Shown: piece after piece, positions 35,108 to 47,133 of the stretch
Position numbering within the stretch: position 1 is the stretch's first letter
How the letters are laid out: each line of letters starts with the position of its first letter
NCBI GenBank assembly: GCA_965216325.1
Contig: OZ244160.1
Location: 2,624,001-2,688,000 of the forward strand
Direction: 5' to 3'
Length of the DNA: 64,000 nt
Source of the DNA: Coraliomargarita sp.
GTDB lineage: Bacteria; Verrucomicrobiota; Verrucomicrobiia; Opitutales; Coraliomargaritaceae
The notes under the pieces: generated by a model
Databases searched by the model: none
What the model was told of the DNA's origin: nothing
Seen by the model: only the letters and a program-made list of their open reading frames with translations
Position numbers and translations under genes: made by a program

Positions 35108-35899
35108 ATGGCAGACAAGGATACCAGAGAGGCACATATCGAGGTCAAGGATCTGACGATGGCCTATGGTGATTTCGTGCTCATGCGTGATTTGAATTTC
35201 ACGATTAAGCGCGGCGATGTGTTCATCATCATGGGGGGGAGTGGCTGTGGTAAGTCGACTCTGATGCGGCACTTGATTGGCCTGAAAGCGCCGGCGAAAG
35301 GTGACATCCTCTACAACGGCAGTTCCTTTGTCAGCTCCTCGGTTCAGGAGCGTCTGGCGATGATCCGCCGTTTCGGTGTGATGTATCAGAGTGGGGCGCT
35401 GTGGTCGTCGATGACCTTGGCAGAGAATGTGGCCTTACCCTTGCAGGAGTATACCGACTACACGCCGCAACAGGTGCGCAGTATAGTTTCGTATAAGTTA
35501 TCTTTGGTCGGCTTAGCGGGCTTTGAAGACTTTTATCCGTCGGAGATTAGTGGCGGTATGGCGAAGCGCGCAGGTGTTGCCCGTGCGTTGGCGCTCGACC
35601 CTGAGGTTTTGTATTTGGATGAGCCCTCTGCTGGCTTGGACCCTCTGAGTGCGCGTCGTTTGGACGAGATGATTCTCGAACTGAGTGAAAGCTTGGGGAT
35701 GACCATCGTGGTGGTGACTCACGAATTGGAGAGCATCTTTTTAATTGGCAATAACTCGGTGTTCTTGGACGTGACTGAGCGCACGATGGGCGCGACGGGT
35801 GACCCTAAGAACTTACGTGACCACTGTTCGAATCCGATGATTCGGGATTTTCTATTGCGAGGCGAATTGCATGAACTCGAAGCGAGTTCGGACTCCTAG
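35108..35899 (+). CDS. mlaF: MlaF-family ABC ATPase
   Basis: GGSGCGKST, ISGGMAKR, LDEPSAGLDP, VVVTHE. Confidence 0.92.
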   Translation: MADKDTREAHIEVKDLTMAYGDFVLMRDLNFTIKRGDVFIIMGGSGCGKSTLMRHLIGLKAPAKGDILYNGSSFVSSSVQERLAMIRRFGVMYQSGALWSSMTLAENVALPLQEYTDYTPQQVRSIVSYKLSLVGLAGFEDFYPSEISGGMAKRAGVARALALDPEVLYLDEPSAGLDPLSARRLDEMILELSESLGMTIVVVTHELESIFLIGNNSVFLDVTERTMGATGDPKNLRDHCSNPMIRDFLLRGELHELEASSDS

Positions 35900-35925
35900 A
35901 AGACAGACTTTTAACCACACAAGCT

Positions 35926-36936
35926 ATGAATAAACGTGCTAACTTTTTTGCGATTGGATTGTTTGTAATCGTCGCTGGCATACTAGCGTTCGCATCCATC
36001 GTCATTTTTGGAGCCGGGCTGCTGAATAAGAATACCGTCGAGTTTATTGCAACCTTCCGGGGGTCAGCCAACGGCTTGCGCGAGGGCGCAAAAGTGAAAG
36101 CCTATGGGGTCGAAATTGGCTCGGTGAAGCGGGTGATGCTTCAGCAGGTCAATGACGGTCATGAGATCGTGATCCCTGTTTTGATTGAATTGGATCTGGA
36201 TCAGGCTGCGGAGTTGGGTGGGAGTCAGCCAGGTGAGACCTATACGGATGAAGATTACCGCCGTAGTATGGAGGCAGGCATGCATGCGAAGTTAGAGGCC
36301 GAGAGTCTGGTGACTGGGATGCTGTATGTGGAGTTGCTGCATGGCTTGAATCGTGAGGGCTATGTTTTGGAACATGAGCGCTTTGCCGCTTATTATAGTA
36401 TTCCGACAGTGCCAACGGACTTAGAATTGATGGTTAAAGCACTGGAGTCGGTGGTGCAGCATTTGGGAGGCACGGATATTCTGGGCTTAATCGAGGAGTC
36501 GAAGGGCTTGATTACCGATATTCGTAGGGAGTTGAATGCTGCCAACCTTGCTGCCGTCGGATCGAGTGCTGAGGGCTTGTTAGTCGACGCACGCAAGAAA
36601 CTCAATAGTGAGCAGGCGGACGAGATCATTCGTGAGTTTGCATTGGCGATGAAGAATTACCGTCAGTTTGCTGAGTTCTTGAATCAACGTGGAGGCCAGA
36701 CCATGGATGGTTTTGATGAAGCCTTTAAGCAGTTGGATTCCAGCTTAGCAGAGCTACAGGTGATGTCGGAGAGTGCCAACGTGTGGTTGGATCCAAAGAA
36801 TCCAATGTATAATGAGATTATTCGTTCGCTGGACCAGTTGAACGATACCTCCTTGGCGCTTCAGTCCTTCCTTGAATATCTAGAGCGTAACCCGAATGCG
36901 CTCATCACCGGCAAATCAACTGACGATCTAGAATAA
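35926..36936 (+). CDS. mlaD: MCE/MlaD family protein with helical C-terminus
   Basis: TM anchor, GLREGAKVKAYGVEIGSV, SLVTGMLYVEL, LERNPNALITG. Confidence 0.88.
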   Translation: MNKRANFFAIGLFVIVAGILAFASIVIFGAGLLNKNTVEFIATFRGSANGLREGAKVKAYGVEIGSVKRVMLQQVNDGHEIVIPVLIELDLDQAAELGGSQPGETYTDEDYRRSMEAGMHAKLEAESLVTGMLYVELLHGLNREGYVLEHERFAAYYSIPTVPTDLELMVKALESVVQHLGGTDILGLIEESKGLITDIRRELNAANLAAVGSSAEGLLVDARKKLNSEQADEIIREFALAMKNYRQFAEFLNQRGGQTMDGFDEAFKQLDSSLAELQVMSESANVWLDPKNPMYNEIIRSLDQLNDTSLALQSFLEYLERNPNALITGKSTDDLE

Positions 36937-37559
36937 TGAACCGACACATGACACATACCTTTTCTTTCTTTACGGCTCTGTGCTTCGTCTTGTTGAGCGC
37001 TGGCTGCACCTCATTGGATGTTCTGGAGCCGAAGCCGGATGTTTCGAAATTCTATTTCTTGGATCACTCGGAGATCTTGAAGGGGCACAGCGTGAGTCCG
37101 GATGGTGAGACCGTGCTGTTAGAATTCTCAAGCATGGCAAAGTATTTGGATCAGCGCCCAATTACTCTGATCTCGGGGCCTAATCAGTTGAAGTTTGCTG
37201 AGTTTCATCGTTGGGGTGAGCCGCTGGAAGCGAGTGTGAATCATATCCTGCTCTCCTGTGTGGCGCGAGAGTTGAGCACGACACGAGTTGCCTTTAAGAA
37301 TCTATCGCGTGGTGAAGAATGGGATCATCGTGTTGGCTATCACATCTACAAATTAGGCGGGTCCGTAGATGGTCCAGTCGTGCTCGAAGTCAGCTGGTGG
37401 CATACGGGTGCCGACGGCAAACGCAACTTTAAGCGCTCGACTCATGAAGCCGAGGTGGTCAACGGGTCCTCAAGCGACTTAACCGGTTATGTTCAAGCCA
37501 TCGAAGCAGTCGTCGTCGAATGGTCGATGGAAGTGAGCAACACCTTGGCAGAAGAGTAG
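36936..37559 (+). CDS. PqiC-like ABC auxiliary lipoprotein
   Basis: Lipobox LSAGC, YLDQR, HRWGEPL; overlaps the mlaD stop. Confidence 0.82.
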   Translation: MNRHMTHTFSFFTALCFVLLSAGCTSLDVLEPKPDVSKFYFLDHSEILKGHSVSPDGETVLLEFSSMAKYLDQRPITLISGPNQLKFAEFHRWGEPLEASVNHILLSCVARELSTTRVAFKNLSRGEEWDHRVGYHIYKLGGSVDGPVVLEVSWWHTGADGKRNFKRSTHEAEVVNGSSSDLTGYVQAIEAVVVEWSMEVSNTLAEE

Positions 37560-37712
37560 TGGGGTGCTTGCGCCACCCGCATTTAGTATCGCCTTCAGGA
37601 CCTTGTGGCTGGCTGTAAGGTATCGCCTTTAGTATACGTGTTTCGTTACACGCTCATAGCTGCACCGTGTCAGCTCTAAGAGCGTTTGCTAAAGCTGCAC
37701 GCTACGTTTTTG

Positions 37713-38369
<657 letters not shown>

Positions 38370-38420
38370 CTAAGTCTCAGTCAGAGTATGATTAAGATTA
38401 GGATTACGATTAAGGGTTAA

Positions 38421-39305
<885 letters not shown>

Positions 39306-39340
39306 TGGATTTGTCTTTTAAATGTGAACCTTGTGTGCGT

Positions 39341-40534
<1,194 letters not shown>

Positions 40535-40672
40535 AGGTCTTTAGTTAGTAAAGATTTCTCGAAAAGTTGGCTTTAATGCCAACGCTCATCCGGCGGCGCA
40601 ACTTCTTTCGTTCCGGTTTTCGGAAAAGAAAGCGTCGGGTAGATGAATGAAATTCATTTAAGCCAGAGTGAA

Positions 40673-40738
40673 GTAGTTCAGGCGTCTCGCCTGAGTTTTT
40701 GTTTGGCTTAGATTTAACAGGCGGGACGCCTGTTTTAC
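40673..40738. repeat. GTAG-type REP doublet
   Basis: GTAGTTCAGGCGTCTCGCCTGAG...AACAGGCGGGACGCCTGTTTTAC. Confidence 0.65.
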
Positions 40739-40742
40739 TTTC

Positions 40743-41819
40743 TTACAATGCGCAACCATCTGCGGTTTCGCAGTTGGGGCGGGCGATTAGCCCCTTGATC
40801 GGCTCGTCTGGAAACAACTGCTCGGCACGGCCATTTTCGATGAGGTGCTGGTCGCAAATTCGATCGAGGTCCGCCTTCGATTTGGTGCGGCGCATATCGT
40901 GGAGGAATTTGCCATCCACATCGACCCCGAGTCCAACGAAGTTCAAGAATTTCTTCAAATGGTTGATGTGGTAGATGCCCTCGCGATCGGGGATTGTGGT
41001 CGCGTCAAAGAGGTCATCGACATACTGGCGCACATCTGCGAGTGTGGGCTTGAAGACTGCTTCGCCGGCAAAGTGCTCGCGGTGCTGACGGAAAATCCAT
41101 GGATTGCGGATACAATGACGTCCGATCATCAGGCCGGCGGCTCCAGTCTGGTCGAGCACCCATTGCCCCTTTTTGACAGAGGTTACATTGCCGTTGGCGA
41201 GAACGGGGCAGGCAACGCGTTCCACCGCGCGCTTGATATATTCGTAGTGCACCTCGCTGCGGTAGGCCTCCTTGACGGTTCGGGCATGAAGACTCAGCAG
41301 ATCGACCTTATGTTTATTGATCAGATCAAGAATGGTCTCAAAGTTGCGGTCGTCCTCGAAACCGATACGCATTTTGACGGTGAAACGACCTTCTACGGTT
41401 TCGCGCAGGCAGCTGAGGATCTCGTCGATCTTGGCAGGATCGCGTAGCAGGCCACCGCCGACGTTCTTCTTGTAAACTTTGGGAGCAGGGCAGCCCATGT
41501 TCAGATCGATGCCTGCGATGGGCAGCTTGGTCTCGTGCATCGCCACTACCGTGCGTTGAAGATCGGGCAGGCTTTCGCCAATCATTTGCGCGAATATCGG
41601 TCGACCAGTGCCATTCAGGCAGATGGAATCAACAATGTGTTGATCCAGTGTCGAGTGCCCATGCACTCGGAAATATTCGGTAAAGAGCAAGTCGGGTGCA
41701 CCATACTTGCCGAGCAATTTCATAAACGGCAGCGTCGTGACGTCCTGCATCGGGGCCAGCGCAGTGACGGGAGGCGTTGCGCCCAGAACGTCGAACTTCG
41801 AACTTTGAACATCGAACAT
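40743..41819 (-). CDS. tRNA-dihydrouridine synthase (Dus family)
   Basis: LAPM, IDLNMGCP, TVKMRIG, LHART, ANGNV, MIGR. Confidence 0.92.
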   Translation of the reverse strand: MFDVQSSKFDVLGATPPVTALAPMQDVTTLPFMKLLGKYGAPDLLFTEYFRVHGHSTLDQHIVDSICLNGTGRPIFAQMIGESLPDLQRTVVAMHETKLPIAGIDLNMGCPAPKVYKKNVGGGLLRDPAKIDEILSCLRETVEGRFTVKMRIGFEDDRNFETILDLINKHKVDLLSLHARTVKEAYRSEVHYEYIKRAVERVACPVLANGNVTSVKKGQWVLDQTGAAGLMIGRHCIRNPWIFRQHREHFAGEAVFKPTLADVRQYVDDLFDATTIPDREGIYHINHLKKFLNFVGLGVDVDGKFLHDMRRTKSKADLDRICDQHLIENGRAEQLFPDEPIKGLIARPNCETADGCAL

Positions 41820-41891
41820 CGAATTTTCTATTCTATTGGTTTGAATGAGCGTTCAACATTCGGTGTTCGATGTTGAACGTTCAATGTTCGG
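41786..41891. repeat. Empty inverted heptamer-array element
   Basis: Five GAACATC-type units plus GAA, a 28-nt spacer, then five TTCGATG-type units plus TTCGG. Confidence 0.85.
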
Positions 41892-42338
41892 CTACTCCTG
41901 GTTCTGCTTGAGAATCTTGGCGAGGATTTCGGTCATGTCGTCGACAGAGTCCAGCACTTCTTGGGACACGTAGATTGGCTTTTGAGCCATCAGCGCCATG
42001 ACAATCGAGTCGCTCGGGCGGGCGTCGAGCTCGATGATTTTATGGCCTAGCTCGTTCTCCATCGATACGATCAAGCGTGCGAAGAAGGTACTCTCTTCCA
42101 CGTCGTTGATGACCATCCGCTCCACTTCGGCTCCTAGGCCGTCGAGCATCGTCATCATCAGGTCGTGGGTCATCGGCCGTTCGAGTTGTTCGCCGTTCGC
42201 GGCGCGTTGAATCGCCGTGCCGATTCCCTGGTCGACGTAAATGACGAATGTCTTCGCGTCGTTACCCAAAAAAACGGCGCAACCGTTCGAAGTCGGCATG
42301 ACGCCTTTGACGTTTATCTGAACAACGCTGTGATCCAT
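41892..42338 (-). CDS. Bifunctional nuclease (DUF151) family protein
   Basis: RPMTHDL, FFARL, DARPSDSI. Confidence 0.9.
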   Translation of the reverse strand: MDHSVVQINVKGVMPTSNGCAVFLGNDAKTFVIYVDQGIGTAIQRAANGEQLERPMTHDLMMTMLDGLGAEVERMVINDVEESTFFARLIVSMENELGHKIIELDARPSDSIVMALMAQKPIYVSQEVLDSVDDMTEILAKILKQNQE

Positions 42339-42433
42339 ATGTTTCCAGCACTATGACTGGTCGCAGTTCTTCCTTCAAGCTCTGATGAGCGGTGTTCTGT
42401 CGCTATTCTCTAAGGGCGTTTCGGGGACATAAT

Positions 42434-42460
42434 GTAGAGGCGGCAAGATGCCGCTTCTAC
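42434..42460. repeat. GTAG REP-like palindrome downstream of dxs
   Basis: GTAGAGGCGGCAAGATGCCGCTTCTAC. Confidence 0.6.
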
Positions 42461-42467
42461 TTTACTG

Positions 42468-44381
42468 TTAAGACTCGGCCTGAATTTGGTTCGGGCTTTG
42501 TGAGAGTGCAGTGATGCGGTCCAAGACACGCTGAAGAATACTCGCCCCATCCAAGCCGACTGTTTCGCGCAGGGCACTTACCGAGCTGCCGTGTTCGATG
42601 AATTCGTCGGGCCAGCCGATACGTTCGACCGGTTTGAAGCAGTTATTATTCTGGAGTGCTTCAATGACTGCGGTGCCGAAGCCACCGGTGATTACATGGT
42701 CTTCCATAGTAACGATGAGCTTGGTCTTCTTCGCGCTTTGCAGCAGAGCATCTTCATCGAGTGGCTTGGCAAAGCGGGCATTCACCACACCTGCCTTAAC
42801 TCCATGTTCGCTGAGGCGGGCGGCTAGTTTTTCGGCATCAGCCACCATGCTGCCAATTGCCCAGATGTCGATTTCACCTGCGTCCTGTAGGCGCTTGGAC
42901 TTACCGATCTTAATGGCTTCCGGGAAGTGCTTCATCGGCGCACCGACAGCGTTGCCACGCGGATAGCGAATGAACGCTGGGCCTTGATAAGCGAGACCGG
43001 TAGCCATCATGTCGGCAAGCTCGTCTTCGTTGCTTGGTGCCATGATGACTGCCTTAGGCACGCAGCGCAGATAGCTGATATCGAACAAACCGTGGTGCGT
43101 TGCGCCGTCGTTTGGCGATAGACCTGCACGGTCCATGCAGAACAGGACTGGCAGGTCTTGCAGGGCCACGTCGTGCACGATCTGGTCGAACGCGCGCTGT
43201 AGGAAAGTGGAATAAATAGCGCAGACTGGATGGAAGCCGGAGGTGGCCATGCCAGCGGCGAAAAGCACCGCGTGTTCTTCGGCGATACCAACGTCGAAGA
43301 ATTGCTCAGGTAGCGTTTCTTCGAGAATATTCAAGCCGGTGCCAGCAGGCATCGCGGCGGTGATGCCGACAACGTTTTTGTCCTCTTTTGCCAATTTCAC
43401 CAGGGTCTCACCCATGACGTCCTGATACTTCGGTGCCTTCGGACCCAAGCTTGGCAGGCCTTTGCCAGTGTGGACATCAAATGGGCTCGCTCCGTGGAAG
43501 CGCTCAGGATTGTTGATCGCAACATCGTAGCCCTTACCCTTGGTGGTGAGCACGTGTAGTAGGACGGGTTGCTCAGCGTTTTTGGCAAATTCGAGGTAGT
43601 GCTCGACCTGCTTGAGGTCGTGGCCGTCGATTGGGCCGATGTAGCGCACGTTGTATTTCTCGAATAGGGAGGAGGAGACGAAGAAGTCTTTGGTTTCCTT
43701 CTTCCACTTGGAGCCGAACTCGATCAACGATTCGCCGCCGGGCACCTTTTGTAGTAGTGACTCGATGTCGTCGTGTAGGCGGTTGTAGACCGGGTTGGTG
43801 ATCAGTTCGTTGAAGTAGCGGGGGAGGGCACCGACATTTTTGGCGATCGACCACTTGTTGTCGTTGAGGATGATGACGAGCTTCTTGGTGGAGGTGGCAA
43901 CGTTGTTGAGTGCCTCCATGGTAATACCGCAGGTGAATGCGGCGTCGCCACAGAGTGCGACTACGTGTTCGTCGCTGCCACGCTGGTCGCGTGCTGAGGC
44001 CATGCCGAGTGCGGCAGAAAGTGCTGTGCCGGCGTGGCCCGCGCCAAAGGCGTCGTGTTCACTCTCGCTGCGATTGAGGAAGCCACTGAGACCATCGTTG
44101 AGGCGGAGCTTATCAAAGCGCTCGTCGTTGCGGCCAGTGAGCAACTTGTGAACGTAGCCTTGGTGGGCGACGTCGAAGACAAGGCGGTCCTTGGGCGTAT
44201 TGAAGACGCGGTGTAGGCCAATGGTCAGTTCCACGACGCCAAGATTGGGGCCTACGTGACCGCCGTTCTTGGATGTGGTGGCGATGATGCGTTCGCGAAT
44301 TTCTTCAGCGAGTTGTGGGAGTTCGTCGGTTGAGAGTGCTTTGACGTCCTCGGGGGACTGGATGCGCGCGAGTATGGACAT
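42468..44381 (-). CDS. dxs: 1-deoxy-D-xylulose-5-phosphate synthase
   Basis: GGHVGPNLGVVELT, GDAA..EALNN, DVGIAEEHAV, IYSTFLQR. Confidence 0.97.
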   Translation of the reverse strand: MSILARIQSPEDVKALSTDELPQLAEEIRERIIATTSKNGGHVGPNLGVVELTIGLHRVFNTPKDRLVFDVAHQGYVHKLLTGRNDERFDKLRLNDGLSGFLNRSESEHDAFGAGHAGTALSAALGMASARDQRGSDEHVVALCGDAAFTCGITMEALNNVATSTKKLVIILNDNKWSIAKNVGALPRYFNELITNPVYNRLHDDIESLLQKVPGGESLIEFGSKWKKETKDFFVSSSLFEKYNVRYIGPIDGHDLKQVEHYLEFAKNAEQPVLLHVLTTKGKGYDVAINNPERFHGASPFDVHTGKGLPSLGPKAPKYQDVMGETLVKLAKEDKNVVGITAAMPAGTGLNILEETLPEQFFDVGIAEEHAVLFAAGMATSGFHPVCAIYSTFLQRAFDQIVHDVALQDLPVLFCMDRAGLSPNDGATHHGLFDISYLRCVPKAVIMAPSNEDELADMMATGLAYQGPAFIRYPRGNAVGAPMKHFPEAIKIGKSKRLQDAGEIDIWAIGSMVADAEKLAARLSEHGVKAGVVNARFAKPLDEDALLQSAKKTKLIVTMEDHVITGGFGTAVIEALQNNNCFKPVERIGWPDEFIEHGSSVSALRETVGLDGASILQRVLDRITALSQSPNQIQAES

Positions 44382-44430
44382 GCGGGAAATTTGGTAGGAG
44401 ACGACGCGGGTAGCGTGTGTATGCCCGTCT

Positions 44431-44670
44431 TTATGCTTCGGACTCGGGTAGTTCGATCGGTTCGAGCTCTCCGGTCTTTAGGTTTAGCTGCTCAATCTTG
44501 AGTTCAGCTTCTTTCAGTTTTTCTTGGCACACCTTGAGCAGCTTAGAGCCTTCTTCGAATTTCGCAACTAGATCGGCAAGTGCGGTTTCACCATCTTCCA
44601 TCGATTGGATGATGGTTTCGAGTTGTTCGAGTGCGTCTTCGAATTGAAGTTCCTGTGCTTTCTTGGCCAT
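44431..44670 (-). CDS. xseB: Exodeoxyribonuclease VII small subunit
   Basis: FEDALEQLE.II..ME.G..FEEG..L..C..KL..AELKI. Confidence 0.92.
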   Translation of the reverse strand: MAKKAQELQFEDALEQLETIIQSMEDGETALADLVAKFEEGSKLLKVCQEKLKEAELKIEQLNLKTGELEPIELPESEA

Positions 44671-44690
44671 TAGAGGGAGTTGAGTGCTGA

Positions 44691-45881
44691 CTAAATATTA
44701 AGTGCAGCGTCGTTTTGTGCGTCAAATGCGTGCGCGATCAAGTTCAGATCCACGTGTTTGGTGATAAGGTCTTTAATAATGGGGATCTTGTCGGTGTCGC
44801 TGGGCTGTGTCTTGACCGTCATGCTGTTCACCCTTGAGGCCACTCGATAACTGTCCTCATTACAGATCACCACGGGAATATCGGTTTTGGCGATCATTGC
44901 CATCAGTTTTGGGTGTGGTAGCTCGTTGCGTGTAAGGATGATTCCCGCGATAACTCTTTCTCCAGCAATGCCTTCCGTTGCGATTGCTGAGAGGATGATG
45001 TCTTCGCGGTCACCAGGGGTAATAATTAGCATGCCCGGCTTGAGTTGATCGACGATGCCTTTGGCGGCCATTGCGCCGATAATGACATCGGAGACCCGTT
45101 CGGTGCCCCCGGTGTCACGGCCATTGAGCCAGCGTCCGCCGACTTCTTCGACGATCTGGTTCATGTTTGGGCGTGTGAGCACCTTTTCGATAGGGATGCA
45201 GCCGAGCAGAGGGATGCCCATGCCTTCGAGGGCGATGCGGCAGTATTTCTCGATTAAGTCGAGTTTGTCGGGCTGCACCTTGTTGATGATCGCGCCGATC
45301 ACTTCGACGCCTGCTTGTTCGAAGAGGGCTTTGTTCAAGGCGATTTCGTCGACCGGACGGCCAATGCCCCCGCGGGCGACGATGATCACCTTGGCATTCA
45401 GGTACTTTGCGACATTTGCGTTGGAGAGGTTGAACACCGAGCCGACGCCTGCGTGACCGGTGCCTTCGACGATGATAAAGTCTTTTTCGAAGGCTGCGCG
45501 GTCGAATGCGCGGCACATCTTATCAATATTCTCGGCGTGACTACTGTCCGGATCATCCAAAAACTCGCGGGTGAAAGTTGAGTGCACGGCGATTGGACTC
45601 ATCGCTTGAATTGGCACGCGCACATCGAAGATCTTGTCGAGCAGGACCGAGTCCTCATCGACCTTATGGCCTTCCACATCGACGAAGCGCTGGCCGACCG
45701 GCTTAATGAAGCCTACTTTCTCTGTCATTGTGCGCAGCGCAGCGAAGAGCGCGAGGCTAGTCGTAGTCTTGCCATCGTTCATGCGGGTCGCCGCGATGAA
45801 GATACGCTTGGTCGTTTTGTTGCGCGGTGATGACAGTAGCTGGTTGTCGTCTGGCTCGGTGAATGGAGATCGTTTGGGCAT
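44691..45881 (-). CDS. BioD-like P-loop + DRTGG protein (Pta N-terminal-like)
   Basis: DGKTT, GFIKPVG, VEGTGH, ITPGDREDI. Confidence 0.85.
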   Translation of the reverse strand: MPKRSPFTEPDDNQLLSSPRNKTTKRIFIAATRMNDGKTTTSLALFAALRTMTEKVGFIKPVGQRFVDVEGHKVDEDSVLLDKIFDVRVPIQAMSPIAVHSTFTREFLDDPDSSHAENIDKMCRAFDRAAFEKDFIIVEGTGHAGVGSVFNLSNANVAKYLNAKVIIVARGGIGRPVDEIALNKALFEQAGVEVIGAIINKVQPDKLDLIEKYCRIALEGMGIPLLGCIPIEKVLTRPNMNQIVEEVGGRWLNGRDTGGTERVSDVIIGAMAAKGIVDQLKPGMLIITPGDREDIILSAIATEGIAGERVIAGIILTRNELPHPKLMAMIAKTDIPVVICNEDSYRVASRVNSMTVKTQPSDTDKIPIIKDLITKHVDLNLIAHAFDAQNDAALNI

Positions 45882-45919
45882 GAGCTGCGTCAGGGAGTAG
45901 GCTGGGACGTGCTTGGGGT

Positions 45920-46990
45920 CTAGTCGACTTTGGTCACGTCCTCGTTGAGCTCATCGCCATCGGTTGGGTAGAGCAAGCGGTGGTCGATCGCTTGGGAGGC
46001 GACCATGACTGCAGTTCCGAAAATGTCGCCGGCGGTTGCACCACGGCTGATTTCTGCCGCGGGGCGGGAGAGACCCGTCAAAATTGGACCGTAATTGCGT
46101 GCGCGGGTGAGGTAGTGTACCAGCTTGGATGCGATATTGGCGGAGTGTAGGTCAGGGAAGATCAGCACGTTCGCACGGCCAGCAACTGGTCCATCGATCG
46201 CCTTGCTCTTGGCGGTGATCGGGTCGAGTGCGGCGTCAACTTGCAGTTCACCTTCGATTTCCATCTCGATGCCGAGTTCCTTCGCCTTCTGACGTGCCAG
46301 TTCGGTAGCGGCCTTCATCTTAGCCACCGTCGGGTTTTTACTCGACATGCTCTTGGAGGTGTAGCTCAGCAGGGCCACGCGAGGCTTGGTGTTGGTTAAG
46401 TGATAGCTGAGTGCGGCTGTCGTCACTGCAATCTCGGCGAGTTGTTCGCTGCTTGGGTCAGGGATTACCGCACAGTCGGCGAGGAACAGCTCACGGTCCT
46501 TACCTGTCTCTGGATCTTCCATGTCGAAGATGTTGAGGGAGGACATACTGCGTAAACCTTCGTTGCGTGGGATGATTTGAAGCAGTGGTCGTAGGGAACT
46601 GGAGGCCTTGCTGGTCGCGCCGGAAACGATGGCGTCTGCCTGAGCCGTTGCGAGCATCAAGGTTGCGAAGTAATTGGTGTTTTCCAGATACTTTTCGACC
46701 TCTCTGTCGTTCAGTCCTTTAAAACGACGAAGGCCTTGGAACTTTGTGATAAAGCCGTCCCACTCGCTGCTGCGGCGTGGCTCGATGATGCGGATGTGTT
46801 TCAGGCTGATGTTTAGCTGTTCGGCGTTGGCTTTGATTGTGGCACGGTCGCCGAGGAGAATGGGAATGCCCAGTTCGCGGGAGGCGAATTTACGGGCTGC
46901 TTGCAGGATGCGGGCATCACTGCCTTCTGGAAAAACGACGCGTTTCGGGTGACGCTTGAGGCGTTCGGTGAGTTTGGAAATGAGTGGCAT
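45920..46990 (-). CDS. pta: Phosphate acetyltransferase (catalytic domain only)
   Basis: VVFPEG.D.RIL, ADCAV.PDP, EGELQVDAA, ANVLIFPDL, ISRG. Confidence 0.88.
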   Translation of the reverse strand: MPLISKLTERLKRHPKRVVFPEGSDARILQAARKFASRELGIPILLGDRATIKANAEQLNISLKHIRIIEPRRSSEWDGFITKFQGLRRFKGLNDREVEKYLENTNYFATLMLATAQADAIVSGATSKASSSLRPLLQIIPRNEGLRSMSSLNIFDMEDPETGKDRELFLADCAVIPDPSSEQLAEIAVTTAALSYHLTNTKPRVALLSYTSKSMSSKNPTVAKMKAATELARQKAKELGIEMEIEGELQVDAALDPITAKSKAIDGPVAGRANVLIFPDLHSANIASKLVHYLTRARNYGPILTGLSRPAAEISRGATAGDIFGTAVMVASQAIDHRLLYPTDGDELNEDVTKVD

Positions 46991-47133
46991 GTTATTAAAA
47001 GGTTGGTGGGGTGAGGTGTGGGTTGAGTGTAAAGTCTTCTATTCAATAGATGGAAACCTAATTAGATAGAGCATGAAATATACAATTGCCAAAGTTTTTT
47101 CGGCGGTAGTTTCTATGGCTTTTGCTCAGGTAC

